From a virus, in IMG/VR virus record IMGVR_UViG_3300025840_000011: a stretch of DNA of 64,000 nucleotides; one strand, 5' to 3'. Made by a program: the position numbers and the translations under genes. The stretch's first letter is position 1. Each line of letters opens with the position of its first letter. The notes under the pieces were generated by a model. It made no database searches, was not told the origin of the DNA, and worked only from the letters and a program-made list of their open reading frames with translations. Shown here piece after piece: positions 9,380 through 18,035 of the stretch.

Positions 9380-9421
9380 CTAAGTCCTTGATTTCCCTAA
9401 ACTTATTTTTGAAAAAAGTTC

Positions 9422-9450
9422 TTGACATTTCTTGCCCGATACCCTATAAT
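9422..9450 (+). promoter_or_regulatory. Sigma70-type early promoter
   Basis: Perfect TTGACA-17 nt-TATAAT. Confidence 0.85.
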
Positions 9451-9481
9451 GTATATGTAAGATTGAGAAAGAGAGGTCGTT

Positions 9482-9667
9482 ATGCAATACATCGTGAAAA
9501 CTCTAGACGGTAAACCCATGGCGGGTTTATTCACTCCCATTTATTCTCTTCAGAAGGCTCGGGATTACGCCCGTTCCATCTGTTTCACCGCCCAGTTGCC
9601 AGATATCAAATCTGTCAACATCTTTTCTTTCGATGGTGAGGAACAAGTCCTCGTGGAGGTAGTGTAA
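9482..9667 (+). CDS. Hypothetical early protein
   Basis: RBS gagagg after promoter. Confidence 0.6.
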   Translation: MQYIVKTLDGKPMAGLFTPIYSLQKARDYARSICFTAQLPDIKSVNIFSFDGEEQVLVEVV

Positions 9668-9921
9668 TGAACGCTGAAGATATCGTTGGGTCTGGTGGTC
9701 AGACCTATGGTTATTTGGAAGAGTGTCTTAAGTTGATCGAGTGTCCGGACCATTGGAAGGGCCCTCTGTCTGGTGTTATTCACATATCCATGTTTGATGA
9801 TTGTAGAGAGGCGGCCGCATACTTCTGTGGGTCTCCCCTAGAGATCGTCAAAATAGTGTCCGGTGAAAAACAGACCATTGAGGTCTTCGGACGTGGTTAT
9901 TGGCAGTGCGTAGGAGCCTGA
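9667..9921 (+). CDS. Hypothetical early protein
   Basis: TAATG coupling, RBS ggaggt. Confidence 0.6.
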   Translation: MNAEDIVGSGGQTYGYLEECLKLIECPDHWKGPLSGVIHISMFDDCREAAAYFCGSPLEIVKIVSGEKQTIEVFGRGYWQCVGA

Positions 9922-9925
9922 AAAT

Positions 9926-10036
9926 ATGTCAAAGGTTAAATACAACAAAGAGTCGGTTGAGAAGGCCCTCAAACAGGCGAAGGTCAAACCCAAGAATCGC
10001 AAAATTTATCACGCTTTATTGAAGGGTAGGGGTTGA
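9926..10036 (+). CDS. Small basic protein (36 aa)
   Basis: MSKVKYNKESVEKALKQAKVKPKNRKIYHALLKGRG; RBS aggag; below ORF-track cutoff. Confidence 0.55.
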   Translation: MSKVKYNKESVEKALKQAKVKPKNRKIYHALLKGRG

Positions 10037-10061
10037 CAATTCCTGTTAGGGCTGATACACT
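10033..10061 (+). promoter_or_regulatory. Sigma70-type early promoter
   Basis: TTGACA-17 nt-TACACT. Confidence 0.65.
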
Positions 10062-10091
10062 GTACTTGTAGATTGATGAGAGAGGGTAGTT

Positions 10092-10532
10092 ATGGATTGT
10101 TTCATTGAAGGTCGCATCGCTAATCAACCCGTTGTCGAGGAGTTCATCCTCAACTTGGTCAAGGAATTGGGGATGAATCGTCTCCGCAATCCTTGGATCG
10201 ACGTTCAGTTTACTAACAAAGATATCGGTGCGTATGGTCTCTGCAATGGAGATAACGACTACGCAGAAATTCAAATCGCTAAGAAATGTCCGGAGACTGG
10301 TCGTAAGTTTGGGTTCATCGAAATGATGCAGACCCTTGCACACGAGATGGTTCACGCTCGACAGTTCATTCGCGGTCAACTCGACGCAGAGGGTGCGAAG
10401 GGTTGGAAGTGGAAAGGTCGTAACGCTGAGGGTTTTCAGTACGAGAACCAACCTTGGGAGAAGGAAGCGTATCGACTGGAAGGTCAGTTGTTCTTAAAAT
10501 GTTTTCCGTTCGAGGCGAAGTTTACAAACTAG
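10092..10532 (+). CDS. Zincin-type metallopeptidase-like protein
   Basis: TLAHEMVHARQ (HExxH) and QPWEKEA. Confidence 0.75.
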   Translation: MDCFIEGRIANQPVVEEFILNLVKELGMNRLRNPWIDVQFTNKDIGAYGLCNGDNDYAEIQIAKKCPETGRKFGFIEMMQTLAHEMVHARQFIRGQLDAEGAKGWKWKGRNAEGFQYENQPWEKEAYRLEGQLFLKCFPFEAKFTN

Positions 10533-10541
10533 GGGGTCTAG

Positions 10542-10706
10542 ATGTCATACGAAACTTGGTTAAGAGAGATGTATTTTCTCCACAATGAAGAAAGAAGAAC
10601 GTGGGGAGAAAAACCAATACCGTATGAAGAATACGTGACCAAAAATTCTGAGTGGTTGGAGAGGATGTATGAAGAACAAGAAAAAAGTGTTTCGAATCAA
10701 AACTAA
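10542..10706 (+). CDS. Small hypothetical protein (54 aa)
   Basis: MSYETWLREMYFLHNEERRTWGEKPIPYEEYV...; read by hand. Confidence 0.55.
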   Translation: MSYETWLREMYFLHNEERRTWGEKPIPYEEYVTKNSEWLERMYEEQEKSVSNQN

Positions 10707-10812
10707 TCCAGTCGCACGAACTATCAATAAGTTCAACAAGCCTGCTACGCATGTTGATCGTAAGAAACGTGACCGTAATGGTTACCGCAAACACAAGGGG
10801 GTTGAAGAGTGA
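10669..10812 (+). CDS. Small basic hypothetical protein (47 aa)
   Basis: NPVARTINKFNKPATHVDRKK...GYRKHK; read by hand. Confidence 0.55.
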   Translation: MKNKKKVFRIKTNPVARTINKFNKPATHVDRKKRDRNGYRKHKGVEE

Positions 10813-11336
10813 ATATATTTGGTATTGAGTATGACGATAAACGGGGTTTCAAGTTTCCTTGTGCAATAGACTCCGCACGTTCTCAATGCGATAAACATAT
10901 CGTGAAGATGCCCCTTGAGTCTTGCCAGATGTTGTGTACTGTACATCGTGTACTTGATGGTGGTAACGATCACTTGTACAAGATCGCGCATCCCAAACAT
11001 CCATCGACTCTCTGGACTATGGAGTCACGTGCTAACTACTATTGGCACTACCGTCACTGGCAAGAACTCTGCAAGGAGTACACGTTCCGGTATGGTAAGG
11101 TACACAAGTCTTGGGAGAAGTATGGTGAATACCTTATGTGGGCACCGCAAAACATTCCTGACTCACGGGCTTTGACCCCATTCAAACTTGCATTCAAAAC
11201 ACATCCTGAGTGTGTGGTCGAAGGTGATCCGGTTCAGTCCTACCGGAACTTCTACAAAACGAAACAAGAACGTTTTGAGATGAAGTGGACTAAACGTAAA
11301 ATTCCAAATTGGTTCTTGACAGAGGAAGTGGATTAA
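10809..11336 (+). CDS. Pyrimidine-dimer DNA glycosylase-like (DenV/Pyr_excise-related) protein
   Basis: DKHIVKMPLESCQML, HPKHPSTLW, EYTFRYGKVH. Confidence 0.65.
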   Translation: MNIFGIEYDDKRGFKFPCAIDSARSQCDKHIVKMPLESCQMLCTVHRVLDGGNDHLYKIAHPKHPSTLWTMESRANYYWHYRHWQELCKEYTFRYGKVHKSWEKYGEYLMWAPQNIPDSRALTPFKLAFKTHPECVVEGDPVQSYRNFYKTKQERFEMKWTKRKIPNWFLTEEVD

Positions 11337-11342
11337 TGTATA

Positions 11343-11609
11343 ATGGATTCCAGTAAACAACTTAATTCAGCAGAAAGGTATGCACTGTTTATGAAAGTTG
11401 CGAATCGTATGAACGCACAAAACCGAAAACGGCAGTCTGACCGTAGACGCCAACAAAGACTGATGAATGAGTATGATGACAATACTGTCAGCAGTCTTGA
11501 CAACCGTGACGATCTGTATTGGGGAGATGAACAGAATTACATCTCAACTCACTACAGTGACTCTATATCCGTTAACCGTAACAGAGGAAACTTTGATGAT
11601 GAGTATTGA
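11343..11609 (+). CDS. Hypothetical protein
   Basis: ORF in operon context. Confidence 0.6.
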   Translation: MDSSKQLNSAERYALFMKVANRMNAQNRKRQSDRRRQQRLMNEYDDNTVSSLDNRDDLYWGDEQNYISTHYSDSISVNRNRGNFDDEY

Positions 11610-11865
11610 TATGTCCCGTGATGACATGTTATCCGCCCTACGAGAAGGTGTAGTGTCCCTATCCTTCGAGAAGGTTAAGGATGGCCTGATCCGTGAAATG
11701 AAAGCGACACTGGTGTCCGATAGGATCCCAGCCGACAAGATGCCCAAGGGTGGTTCTGTCGATCAGTCTGTCGGTGGTGACGCAACCCTTCGAGTGTTTG
11801 ATACAGACATTCAAGAGTGGCGGTCCTTCCGTGTAGACAAAGTACTAACGTTCGAGACTGCGTAA
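11599..11865 (+). CDS. WYL/SH3-like beta-barrel phage protein (DUF2693-like)
   Basis: FEKVKDGLIREMKATL...VFDTDIQEWRSFRVD. Confidence 0.7.
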   Translation: MSIDMSRDDMLSALREGVVSLSFEKVKDGLIREMKATLVSDRIPADKMPKGGSVDQSVGGDATLRVFDTDIQEWRSFRVDKVLTFETA

Positions 11866-12443
11866 TGGCAAATCATGTAGAATTTAGTCTCTCTTTTCAA
11901 CGCCTCACTGATGAGGCGTTGGACTTTTTGGTCGAACTGTTTGATGGGGTTGAAGACCTTCATGAAATTGAGTGTATCGATGACGTTGGTGCAAAGTGGG
12001 CGACAGTAGAGGATGCGGCGGAAGACAGGGATGGAAAAGAGTTTTTCATTCTTGGTACTGCGGCATGGAGTGCACCTTGGGGTATCCAAGACATACACAC
12101 CAAACTACTGGAGTTCGCACCTGACTGTATCGGTGTGTTCTTCTACTCAGATGAGATGCCACTGTTTGCTGGTGCGTACACACTAGAACCCTATCGTGAT
12201 GAAGATACGGATGAGTTGTTTTCTTCGGAAGACGGTGCACACTGGGAAGACGCTGACATCTATGACAAGTTGAAGGAGACGAACCCTGAGTTCTTTAAAG
12301 AACATGATGTGGACCCCGACTTGGATCTCTATGAGGCGCAAGACGAACACGAAGAACTCGAAGAGTTGTGGAACGATACCTGTTGGGATGTCATATCTGA
12401 TCTGCAACGGGTAATGATTGAGGACAACATGAGTTATCTCTGA
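11865..12443 (+). CDS. Acidic hypothetical protein
   Basis: TAAWSAP and YSDEMPLFAG motifs; TAATG coupling. Confidence 0.6.
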   Translation: MANHVEFSLSFQRLTDEALDFLVELFDGVEDLHEIECIDDVGAKWATVEDAAEDRDGKEFFILGTAAWSAPWGIQDIHTKLLEFAPDCIGVFFYSDEMPLFAGAYTLEPYRDEDTDELFSSEDGAHWEDADIYDKLKETNPEFFKEHDVDPDLDLYEAQDEHEELEELWNDTCWDVISDLQRVMIEDNMSYL

Positions 12444-12459
12444 TATAGATAGAGGTGTT

Positions 12460-13119
12460 ATGACTAAGGGCGAAAAGGCGGCTAAAACCCGTAAGAAAAA
12501 AGAAGAGGCCATGTTACGTGCAATGGGGGTTGATCCTGAGCGTAAAAAGACGAAAGTCAAACGTAAACGGAAACCCATGACACCAGAACAGAAAGCGGCG
12601 GCGGCAGAACGTCTCGCAAAGGCTCGTGAAGCAAGAGGTCATGATGGATCTGCATCTATCCACGAATCTATTCGTGATTTACCCGAAGATCATTTTATAC
12701 ATTGGAAGAAGGTCAAGGCGTGGATCAAGGATAGTGAACAGATGCTAAAGAGTATCAGTCATATGAAGAACTCCAACAATTGGAAGGAACGTTCTGAGTA
12801 TAATGATCTCAAAACTTATATTCAAAACATGAAGTCTTATCTCAGTAATGGTGTGTGGTTAGATTTTCGTTATGGTGACAACAGACAACACAAGGTATTG
12901 CGATACTGTGTTGCCATGTCGTATCATCCTAACGGGGAACCAAACCGACAGTTCGGAGTATACTATCCCGACATCAACGCTGTGTGGACTATCGAACTAC
13001 AGGATGCATGGTATGGAGAAGGCGTTGACCCAAGAGGACTCAAAGTTCCTGACAAAAAAGAACTTTTCGATGATGGTCGAGGAGACGGTGAAGAAGACGA
13101 GTCTGGGGTACTTGGATAG
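12460..13119 (+). CDS. Conserved hypothetical protein upstream of gp33
   Basis: RKPMTPEQKAAAAERLAKARE basic N-terminus; RBS agaggt. Confidence 0.7.
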   Translation: MTKGEKAAKTRKKKEEAMLRAMGVDPERKKTKVKRKRKPMTPEQKAAAAERLAKAREARGHDGSASIHESIRDLPEDHFIHWKKVKAWIKDSEQMLKSISHMKNSNNWKERSEYNDLKTYIQNMKSYLSNGVWLDFRYGDNRQHKVLRYCVAMSYHPNGEPNRQFGVYYPDINAVWTIELQDAWYGEGVDPRGLKVPDKKELFDDGRGDGEEDESGVLG

Positions 13120-13258
13120 TATTATCCACTTGTGCGAAGAGAACAAGATTGAAGTCGAGGACGTGAAGAAGTATCTCAACGACAACATCAAACAGAAACT
13201 CGAAGTCGAGGCGATGAGTCTCAACTTCATTCCCAAGGTAAACACACTAGATGTTTAA
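13013..13258 (+). CDS. gp33: Late promoter transcription co-activator gp33
   Basis: F..MVEETV....GYLDSIIHLCEENKIEVEDV...KLEVEAMSLNF; synteny before gp32. Confidence 0.8.
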   Translation: MEKALTQEDSKFLTKKNFSMMVEETVKKTSLGYLDSIIHLCEENKIEVEDVKKYLNDNIKQKLEVEAMSLNFIPKVNTLDV

Positions 13259-13814
13259 GACCGTTCGTGTCTTATCAGAAGAACAACTCGAAGAACTCCG
13301 GAGATTTGACGCTCCGTGGGTGAACTCGCATGTGGATGACGGTTCTTCTGAAAAGAGTTACCTAGATAAGTTTAACTCGAAGAGACACGAACAGTACACC
13401 AACGTAAGGCGTGGTCACACCGCCCGCAAGAGTGTGAACAAAGTCATCCTGCACGAATGGTTCGAGGATGTCAACCAGTCCATAGAAGAAGAGACTGGTA
13501 TCCCGATCACTGATTGTAACTACCTACGTTACGATGAAGGAGATTTTTTAGTACCTCACAGAGACACGTTCGATGGTTCCGAAGACTATCAGTATGTCGA
13601 GGGTGAAGGTAAAAGCAGAACACTGACCACGATTACAATGGTCAACAAGTCAGAAGACCTAGAAGGTGGCATTCTGATTATCAGACATCTGGATGATGGT
13701 CAAACGTACCATGATCTAGAGATAGGGGAGACTGTAATCTTCCCGTCAAATCTAGTCCACGAGTGTACTCTAATCACCAAAGGGTGGAGAGAGGTATATG
13801 TTGGTTGGGCTTGA
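13251..13814 (+). CDS. 2OG-Fe(II) oxygenase
   Basis: Y..GD...HRD, LEGG, IFPSNLVHEC..IT.G.R. Confidence 0.85.
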   Translation: MFKTVRVLSEEQLEELRRFDAPWVNSHVDDGSSEKSYLDKFNSKRHEQYTNVRRGHTARKSVNKVILHEWFEDVNQSIEEETGIPITDCNYLRYDEGDFLVPHRDTFDGSEDYQYVEGEGKSRTLTTITMVNKSEDLEGGILIIRHLDDGQTYHDLEIGETVIFPSNLVHECTLITKGWREVYVGWA

Positions 13815-13822
13815 TTTAACTC

Positions 13823-13852
13823 TTGACAGGAGTATAAATACTGGTATATAAT
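13823..13852 (+). promoter_or_regulatory. Overlapping sigma70-like and late promoters for gp32
   Basis: TTGACA 13823, TATAAATA 13833-13840, TATAAT 13847. Confidence 0.7.
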
Positions 13853-13912
13853 ATGCATCAAGTGGATACAAATATACACTAATACAATATACGCAAATAT
13901 ACGGAGAAACAT

Positions 13913-14839
13913 ATGTCTTTTGCAAATCTTAAGTCCAAGTCTATGGACGTGTCTAAACTGGTCACAGCAGCAGCCGAAATGAACGGTGGTGGTACTACCG
14001 AAAAGAAAGGTTATGGTGATGACCGATTCTGGAAACCCACAGTAGATGAGAGCGGAAACGGTTACGCCGTAATCCGGTTCCTTCCCGCAGCGGAAGGTTC
14101 TGATCTCCCTTGGGCTCGTTACTGGGATCACTTCTTCAAGGGACCAACAGGTCAGTGGTACATTGAGAAGTCTCTGACTACTATTGGTCAGAATGATCCT
14201 GTCTCTGAATTGAACTCCCGTCTGTGGAATTCTGGTGTCGAGGATGACAAGGAAACTGCACGTAAACAGAAGCGCCGTCTTCACTATGTGTCTAACATCC
14301 TTGTGGTCAATGACCCTGCGAATACCGCAAACAACGGTAAAGTGTTCCTCTATGATTTTGGTAAGAAAATCTTTGACAAGATCATGGATGTCATGCAACC
14401 TCAGTTTCCGGGCGAGGAACCAATCAACCCCTTTGACTTCTGGAATGGATCCGACTTTCAGTTGAAGATCCGTAACGTTGCGGGTTACCGTAACTACGAC
14501 AAGTCTGAGTTCAAGGCGGTGTCTGCATTGTTCGATGCGGATGAGACTAAACTCGAAGCGACTTACAACCAGTTGTTTGATCTCACTGAGTTCACTGCAC
14601 CTGCTTCCTTCAAACCTTATGAAGAACTGAAGGGTCGCCTTCAGATTGTTCTGGGTGAGGCAGTTGGTGGAAATGCAACTGCACGTAACGAGGCGTTAAC
14701 TCAGACTGCGGAGTCGAACGTTGGTCGTTCTGCACCTGAACCTCAGATCGTTGCTGCACCCGAACCTAGTGTAGGTGCGGAAGCGGACGATGATGAGGAT
14801 ACCTTGTCCTACTTTGCAAAGATGGCGAATGAGGACTAA
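13913..14839 (+). CDS. gp32: Single-stranded DNA-binding protein gp32
   Basis: DDRFWKP, GNGYAVIRFLP, WYIEKSL, GKKIFDKI, NYDKSEF, acidic C-terminus. Confidence 0.95.
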   Translation: MSFANLKSKSMDVSKLVTAAAEMNGGGTTEKKGYGDDRFWKPTVDESGNGYAVIRFLPAAEGSDLPWARYWDHFFKGPTGQWYIEKSLTTIGQNDPVSELNSRLWNSGVEDDKETARKQKRRLHYVSNILVVNDPANTANNGKVFLYDFGKKIFDKIMDVMQPQFPGEEPINPFDFWNGSDFQLKIRNVAGYRNYDKSEFKAVSALFDADETKLEATYNQLFDLTEFTAPASFKPYEELKGRLQIVLGEAVGGNATARNEALTQTAESNVGRSAPEPQIVAAPEPSVGAEADDDEDTLSYFAKMANED

Positions 14840-14850
14840 GTAGTACCGGC

Positions 14851-15285
14851 ATGAAAATTTTAATACTTGGATTGCCGGGCAGTGGGAAGTCAACTCTCGC
14901 AAGGGAGTTGGCTTACCATTTTCTGATTCCGCATCACAATGCGGATACGTACCGTGAGATGTTTGATGACTGGGACTTCTCACCCGAAGGTAGGTTAAGA
15001 CAGGCCAAAAGAATGGCCGATCAGGTTGGAATTCTGGATTTTGTTTGTCCGTTGAAGGAGCTCCGTGATATCGTAGAAGCCGACTTCACCATCTGGATGA
15101 ATACAATCGATGAAGGACGATTCGAGGATACTAATAAGTTATTCGAAGTACCTGATTCATATGATCTGGAGGTTAAAGAATGGATCGACTTAAACCAACT
15201 ACGCAACTCCTTGGAAGGTTTCAACCGTGGCACCAAGGGCATACTAAGTTATTTGAACGGGCCCTTTCAAAGACTGGTCAAGTAG
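14851..15285 (+). CDS. Adenylyl-sulfate kinase-like P-loop kinase
   Basis: GLPGSGKSTLA, DWDFSPEGRLRQA, DFVCP, EDTNKLFE. Confidence 0.7.
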   Translation: MKILILGLPGSGKSTLARELAYHFLIPHHNADTYREMFDDWDFSPEGRLRQAKRMADQVGILDFVCPLKELRDIVEADFTIWMNTIDEGRFEDTNKLFEVPDSYDLEVKEWIDLNQLRNSLEGFNRGTKGILSYLNGPFQRLVK

Positions 15286-15539
15286 CGATACTACTTCGTG
15301 ACACTGAGGTAGACGAAAGTAATCCTTACACCGTAGAGGAACGTAAGGCAAACATCATACTCGAACTTGCAAAAGAAGGGTATGAACACCATAAAGACTT
15401 TGTGATAATCGCTGTACCTAACATCACCCATATCACCTATGGTCGGGATGTTGGATACACGATTGAGCAGGAAGATCTGGGGGAAGAGGTTGAGTCAATC
15501 TCCGCAACCAAGATACGTCAACTGGAACTAGGTCTTTAG
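15180..15539 (+). CDS. Cytidylyltransferase-like (HxGH) nucleotidyltransferase
   Basis: GRFQPWHQGH, YGRDVGY, ISATKIR; own RBS ggagg. Confidence 0.8.
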   Translation: MDRLKPTTQLLGRFQPWHQGHTKLFERALSKTGQVAILLRDTEVDESNPYTVEERKANIILELAKEGYEHHKDFVIIAVPNITHITYGRDVGYTIEQEDLGEEVESISATKIRQLELGL

Positions 15540-17839
15540 GTTATAGGTAATGCGCCCGCCTGATTGTTCGTCAAGAAGGCGGCGTTTACATCCCACACAC
15601 TTGGAATGACTGCCGCTTGAGTACTGTTATTATTGACTTGTGTTGACGAAGAAGACCCACCAACGTTAGTCTGCATAATAATAGGATTACCACCACCCGC
15701 ACCCATATTCCCTGCATTTGCAAGTTGAGTTCCCGCCATGGTTCTTGATGTTGTGCCAGGCGCTTGTGGAGAACCTGGCGCTGGTATACCTCTCGCGTTC
15801 ATTGATGCCAATCGTTCTCTTCGGTATTCAGCCGTTCCTTCTTGAGTGCCTTTAGACACATGCATGTGATCCATGTGACCACCAGTTCTCCACATCACAC
15901 TATAACCTGCGGTTTCTAATTTATCGCGTAGTACATCGAAGACCGCAGCCTGTTCGGGATTGTCTGCCTCAACATAACGTTCATCATTAGGACCGACAAA
16001 GTTAATATCTAATGCGTCACCCCTATAGTGTCTGGAGTTTTCACCATGTGTTCCAACTTCACCAAATGCCTCGTGGCCAGATACATGTAGTCCTTTTCCC
16101 TGCAACCATTCACCCAAAGCAACAATATCGTCTGATGGTGGTAAACCTGACATGGGTTCTTCTGGTTCTTGACCGGATGTCCCTAATTGAGGGCGAGGTC
16201 GGTTACGAGTCCTACGTGAGGCTGTCTGAGGTCTCTCAGGCGGAGGAGGAGGTGGTCGAGTTTCGGTATCTACTGCATCATTAGTCTCTGGTGGATTATC
16301 TCTCATTGCGGCAGTATCAGTTTCATCATCCCACCAATCCGTCAATGCATCCCATGCATCTGAAAATATATTGCTTACCCAATTTTTAATATCTTCCCAA
16401 AGTTGGGTAGCTGAATCCACCATACTTCCCCATTTGTCGGGTTCATTTTCCCACCAGTCAATTACTGCATCATAGGCGCCCATAAACGACTCACCTATTC
16501 TGCCCGGAATTCCCATAAGATAATCAAATGTCTCTGATGCATACGTAAATAGGGATTCTTTAAATGCGGTCATTGTCTCATCCAACCACGCGAAGAGACT
16601 AGGGAGAACGTCAGTGAATACGTAGGTCAGACCTCCCCATATCCCCTTCAATCCCCACTTAACCATGTCTGCGAGATTCATGAACATGGTCTGTGCAAAT
16701 TGACCCATCCAAGGTATGAACTGGGTGAAGATATCTTTCAACGCTTCGATTGGTGAACTGAATAGTTTACGAACCCAATCAAATATGGATGCTATCATTC
16801 CACTAATACCGCCAGGCATTAGTTCGTTGATTCTATCCGTAACAGAACCAAGACCAATCTTGTCCAGTATCCACTTCATTCCGTCTTGCAGTAAATCACC
16901 AATAGTACCGAAGAAACCAACGAACACACCTTTGAGACCTTCCCAAGTTGCACTTAGAATTCTGGTAAAGATGTTCATATCAGATTCGGCGGTTCTTTGC
17001 CAGTCACCCAAGAATCCGGTGAAGAAGTCGAAGAGTGAAATAATAATTTGAATAGGCCAAAGAAGTTTGGTGAATACACCTTTCACCAAAGACATGATCT
17101 TATTACCGCCAGCCTTGAAAAGATCATCACCAACACCAATGGTAGCCTTAAGTGTGTCTCCTAGAAAACCAAATATTTTTCCAAAAAAACCAAACACTTT
17201 TTGGACGATAGAGTTTGTGAACGAACCAAGTTTGGATGCATTCCACCATTTGATAATCGCATTGAATGGTCTTGCTATGAAACCAAATATCTTCCCTATA
17301 TTAGAAACCATTCTTTCGGCAAAATTCATTTTCTTGAATTTACCGTTGGCCTCTCTAAGGTTGTATCTTAATGATCCATCTAGGGCTTTGAAGAAACCAC
17401 CTCTAAACGCTTTGTAGAAATTTGTTATAGATCTCTGGAGACCTTTCGTTAGATTCGTTATACCAGCTACAGAAAATAGTCTAGAAAACGCCAGTTTAAC
17501 AGCACCGAAAAACCGTTGCACCATGTCTTTGATTCTTCTTACGGTCTCGCCTATCACAGCGCCAAGACCCAAAAGGATACCACTAAAGGATTTGTCTAAT
17601 TTTATTTCAGGTGCTTTGAAAATAGGTGCTTTTTCTTTTTTCTTGTCTCGTCGATCTTCTTCGTTCTGCAAACGATCCTGTTTTATCTCTGCGAGAATCT
17701 CACGCATAGTCTTATTGAGATCAGAGGTATTCTTCTCTGTCCCTTCTTGACTTCTTTGGAGCGCTTGGTTACGGTTATTATTTTCTTGACGCATCAAGTC
17801 AATAACATTACCCAAACCACCTATTGTTGCTTCTGCCAT
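15536..17839 (-). CDS. Tape-measure/baseplate hub (gp29-like) protein with C-terminal M15-type peptidase domain
   Basis: Long amphipathic Trp/Phe-periodic helices; SRHYRGDALD...HMDHMHVS; lies downstream of gp26/gp51. Confidence 0.65.
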   Translation of the reverse strand: MAEATIGGLGNVIDLMRQENNNRNQALQRSQEGTEKNTSDLNKTMREILAEIKQDRLQNEEDRRDKKKEKAPIFKAPEIKLDKSFSGILLGLGAVIGETVRRIKDMVQRFFGAVKLAFSRLFSVAGITNLTKGLQRSITNFYKAFRGGFFKALDGSLRYNLREANGKFKKMNFAERMVSNIGKIFGFIARPFNAIIKWWNASKLGSFTNSIVQKVFGFFGKIFGFLGDTLKATIGVGDDLFKAGGNKIMSLVKGVFTKLLWPIQIIISLFDFFTGFLGDWQRTAESDMNIFTRILSATWEGLKGVFVGFFGTIGDLLQDGMKWILDKIGLGSVTDRINELMPGGISGMIASIFDWVRKLFSSPIEALKDIFTQFIPWMGQFAQTMFMNLADMVKWGLKGIWGGLTYVFTDVLPSLFAWLDETMTAFKESLFTYASETFDYLMGIPGRIGESFMGAYDAVIDWWENEPDKWGSMVDSATQLWEDIKNWVSNIFSDAWDALTDWWDDETDTAAMRDNPPETNDAVDTETRPPPPPPERPQTASRRTRNRPRPQLGTSGQEPEEPMSGLPPSDDIVALGEWLQGKGLHVSGHEAFGEVGTHGENSRHYRGDALDINFVGPNDERYVEADNPEQAAVFDVLRDKLETAGYSVMWRTGGHMDHMHVSKGTQEGTAEYRRERLASMNARGIPAPGSPQAPGTTSRTMAGTQLANAGNMGAGGGNPIIMQTNVGGSSSSTQVNNNSTQAAVIPSVWDVNAAFLTNNQAGALPIT

Positions 17840-17843
17840 TGGT

Positions 17844-18035
17844 TTATCTCATTTTGGATTCTTGTTGTCTACGTTCATTCTCTTCTTTAATCCACTCAAC
17901 CAATAATGTAACATAAATTTCCCTTTCCCATGGCATCATCATTTCAAGTTCTGTTAGACTGTAATGATGATGTTGCATTAATGAAAAGTTGGTCTTAAAA
18001 TAATTGACCAAATTATCATGAGAAAGGTTTATGAT
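17844..18035 (-). CDS. gp51: gp51-like baseplate/tail assembly ORF (no good own start; probably reached by -1 frameshift from gp26)
   Basis: NFSLMQHHHYSLTELEMMMPWEREIY motif. Confidence 0.7.
   Translation of the reverse strand: MINLSHDNLVNYFKTNFSLMQHHHYSLTELEMMMPWEREIYVTLLVEWIKEENERRQQESKMR

Noticed and set aside
15180-15285. Frameshift fusing the APS-kinase-like and nucleotidyltransferase ORFs
   Set aside because: The downstream ORF has its own GGAGG RBS and ATG; simple overlap suffices
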